A stretch of 64,000 bases of DNA. It comes from Chiloscyllium plagiosum. Lineage: Eukaryota. The translations under genes and the position numbers were made by a program. Shown in pieces: positions 62,306 through 64,000 of the stretch (positions are counted from its first letter, which is position 1; every line of letters begins with the position of its first letter). Where the stretch lies: NCBI RefSeq assembly GCF_004010195.1, contig NC_057728.1, positions 54,343,378 to 54,407,377 on the forward strand. Reading direction: 5' to 3'. The notes below the pieces were generated by a model that saw only the letters and a list, made by a program, of their open reading frames with translations, was not told the origin of the DNA and ran no database searches.

Positions 62306-64000
62306 GAGCTTGGAGCTGAACAGGAAGGGGCTGGTGTTCCCATGTATCTGCTGCCCTTGTCCTTCTGGATGGGTTTGGAAGGTGCTGATGGACGAGACTT
62401 GATGAGTTGTCCTCAGATTTCTCGACGTGGCTCGATGTCAAATTTTGTTCCCAAGAAGTGCTTGGAGGCATTTTGCACTGAGAAGGCGCTATAGAAATGC
62501 AAGTCATTATTGTTGCGAAAGCGAAGTTTTTGTTCGCACCTTGGTGGGTGGCAAATGTTGAAAACCAGAACAGCTGAAAGAAAAAGAGAGAGAGAAAGCT
62601 TGACCATTCCTGGGCTTTCAACACAACACACAGCTGTGAAGCTAATCCAAGTGTCTTCCCCACCCCGCGGGCAATCTCCAACTGTCCCAGGTCAGCCTGA
62701 AAGGACAACTGTTTTTTTTCCAGAAAACCTTGCAGCATAACCGGGAGGTGGGAATTGCATCTGTGAGGGGGCGGGCTGCAAAAAAAAAATGTAGGAACAG
62801 TTTGTAACTAAACCTGACCTGCACTAATCTTAACTCTCAACAGCTTCCGTTCCTGCTCTGTGCCAACTGCTGGAGATTTTGTGCGGGGGGGGGGGGGAGA
62901 CTAACGTGATTTCCTGGCCAGCTGCAGATGAAGCGCTTTTGATTTCATTTTATAAGCCTCCCCCCCCCCACCCCATGCTATTGATGATTGATTTTAGCTT
63001 TATTCTTCTCCCTCCAATGCTGCCCCTTGAAATTGAACCTCCACCTCTTCGTTCAGTTTCACTCCAGCCTCTGCTCGTCCTTCCCCAGTTTCCTTCTCGT
63101 TTTTATCAAACTTTAACAATTCTGGCTCAGAGTCACCGGCCCCATTATCGCTCAGCGGAAACTCTGGATAGTAAAGTGGGTCTGAATTTGCGGTTACGTT
63201 TGTGAGGAACGCTTGAAGGGGAGATGGGATGGGGCGAGGAAATAACGCCACAGAAAAAGACAAAAAGTACTGAACCCCTCCCCCCACCCACTAGTCTTGC
63301 ATATTTCACATTTGCACTTTAAAGACAGTCACTCCAACCTCCAGACAGCAAGAGCCAGTTGTGATACTCAGTTACGGATGTTAAACAAAACCACTCATTG
63401 ACCTGAGGTTTTAAGCGTGCAAGTGTTTACTATTTCTCGCTCCCTGACCTCAGCAGTTTGGATGTAGCAATTAATTTCCTCACTGCCTCCCCCCAGAATA
63501 GACAGCCCAGTGTTTTACACACTTGCACGCAGTTCCTCGTTTGAATAGTGACAGAATATTCATTGCAACTGCGGTACTGAGGGAGCACTGCATTATCCCA
63601 GGTGCCGGCTTTCAGATGACACATTACAACCGAAGGCCCACCTACCTGCCTGGTCTGGTGAGTGTAAAATATCCCATCATCCAAGTAGGACAGGGGAACT
63701 AACTCTAGTGTCCAGGCCAATATTTACCATTCAAGCAGCATCACAAAAATAGATCATCTAGTCATTACAAAATTGCTGTCTGTGGGATTGTTACTCTGTG
63801 TATTCTGACTGTTTCAAACGTTACAACATGGACTACATTTCAAAAGAAAGCGCTTGATAGACTTCCTACAGGGAGGAAAGAGACCATTCAGCCTATCAAG
63901 CCTGTTGCTGTGAGGCAGTAGTGTTAACCACTGATCCACTATGCCACTTTGTTGACTGTGAAGTTATAGAGTCATAGAGATGTACAGCTTGGAAACAGGT

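Overview
Vertebrate genomic DNA, almost certainly from a cartilaginous fish (shark), inferred from HE1/V-SINE-like and Deu-domain SINEs and CR1 LINEs. It is a draft assembly with four N-gaps. Two host genes lie on the + strand: the last coding exon and 3'UTR of POC1B (13286-13384) and a complete three-exon DUSP6/MKP-3 gene (CDS 44394-44793, 50909-51343, 53327-53637; 381 aa), matching the POC1B-DUSP6 neighbourhood known in other vertebrates. The rest is mostly decayed retroelements. Three things stand out. First, at least four families of Penelope-like elements each carry a minimal type I hammerhead ribozyme motif (CUGANGA, one extra nt, stem II, GAAA, palindromic stem III). Many are inserted as head-to-head fold-backs flanked by 10-17 bp target-site duplications (TSDs). 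Second, a 5.3-kb perfectly homogeneous 48-bp, C-free tandem array fills DUSP6 intron 1; it is either real or an assembly artefact. Third, the DUSP6 regulatory elements are well preserved: ETS palindrome, octamer, X-box, CRE, CCAAT boxes, uORF, Met1/Met14 and 3'UTR motifs. All assignments come from reading the sequence and recalled family knowledge; no searches were run.
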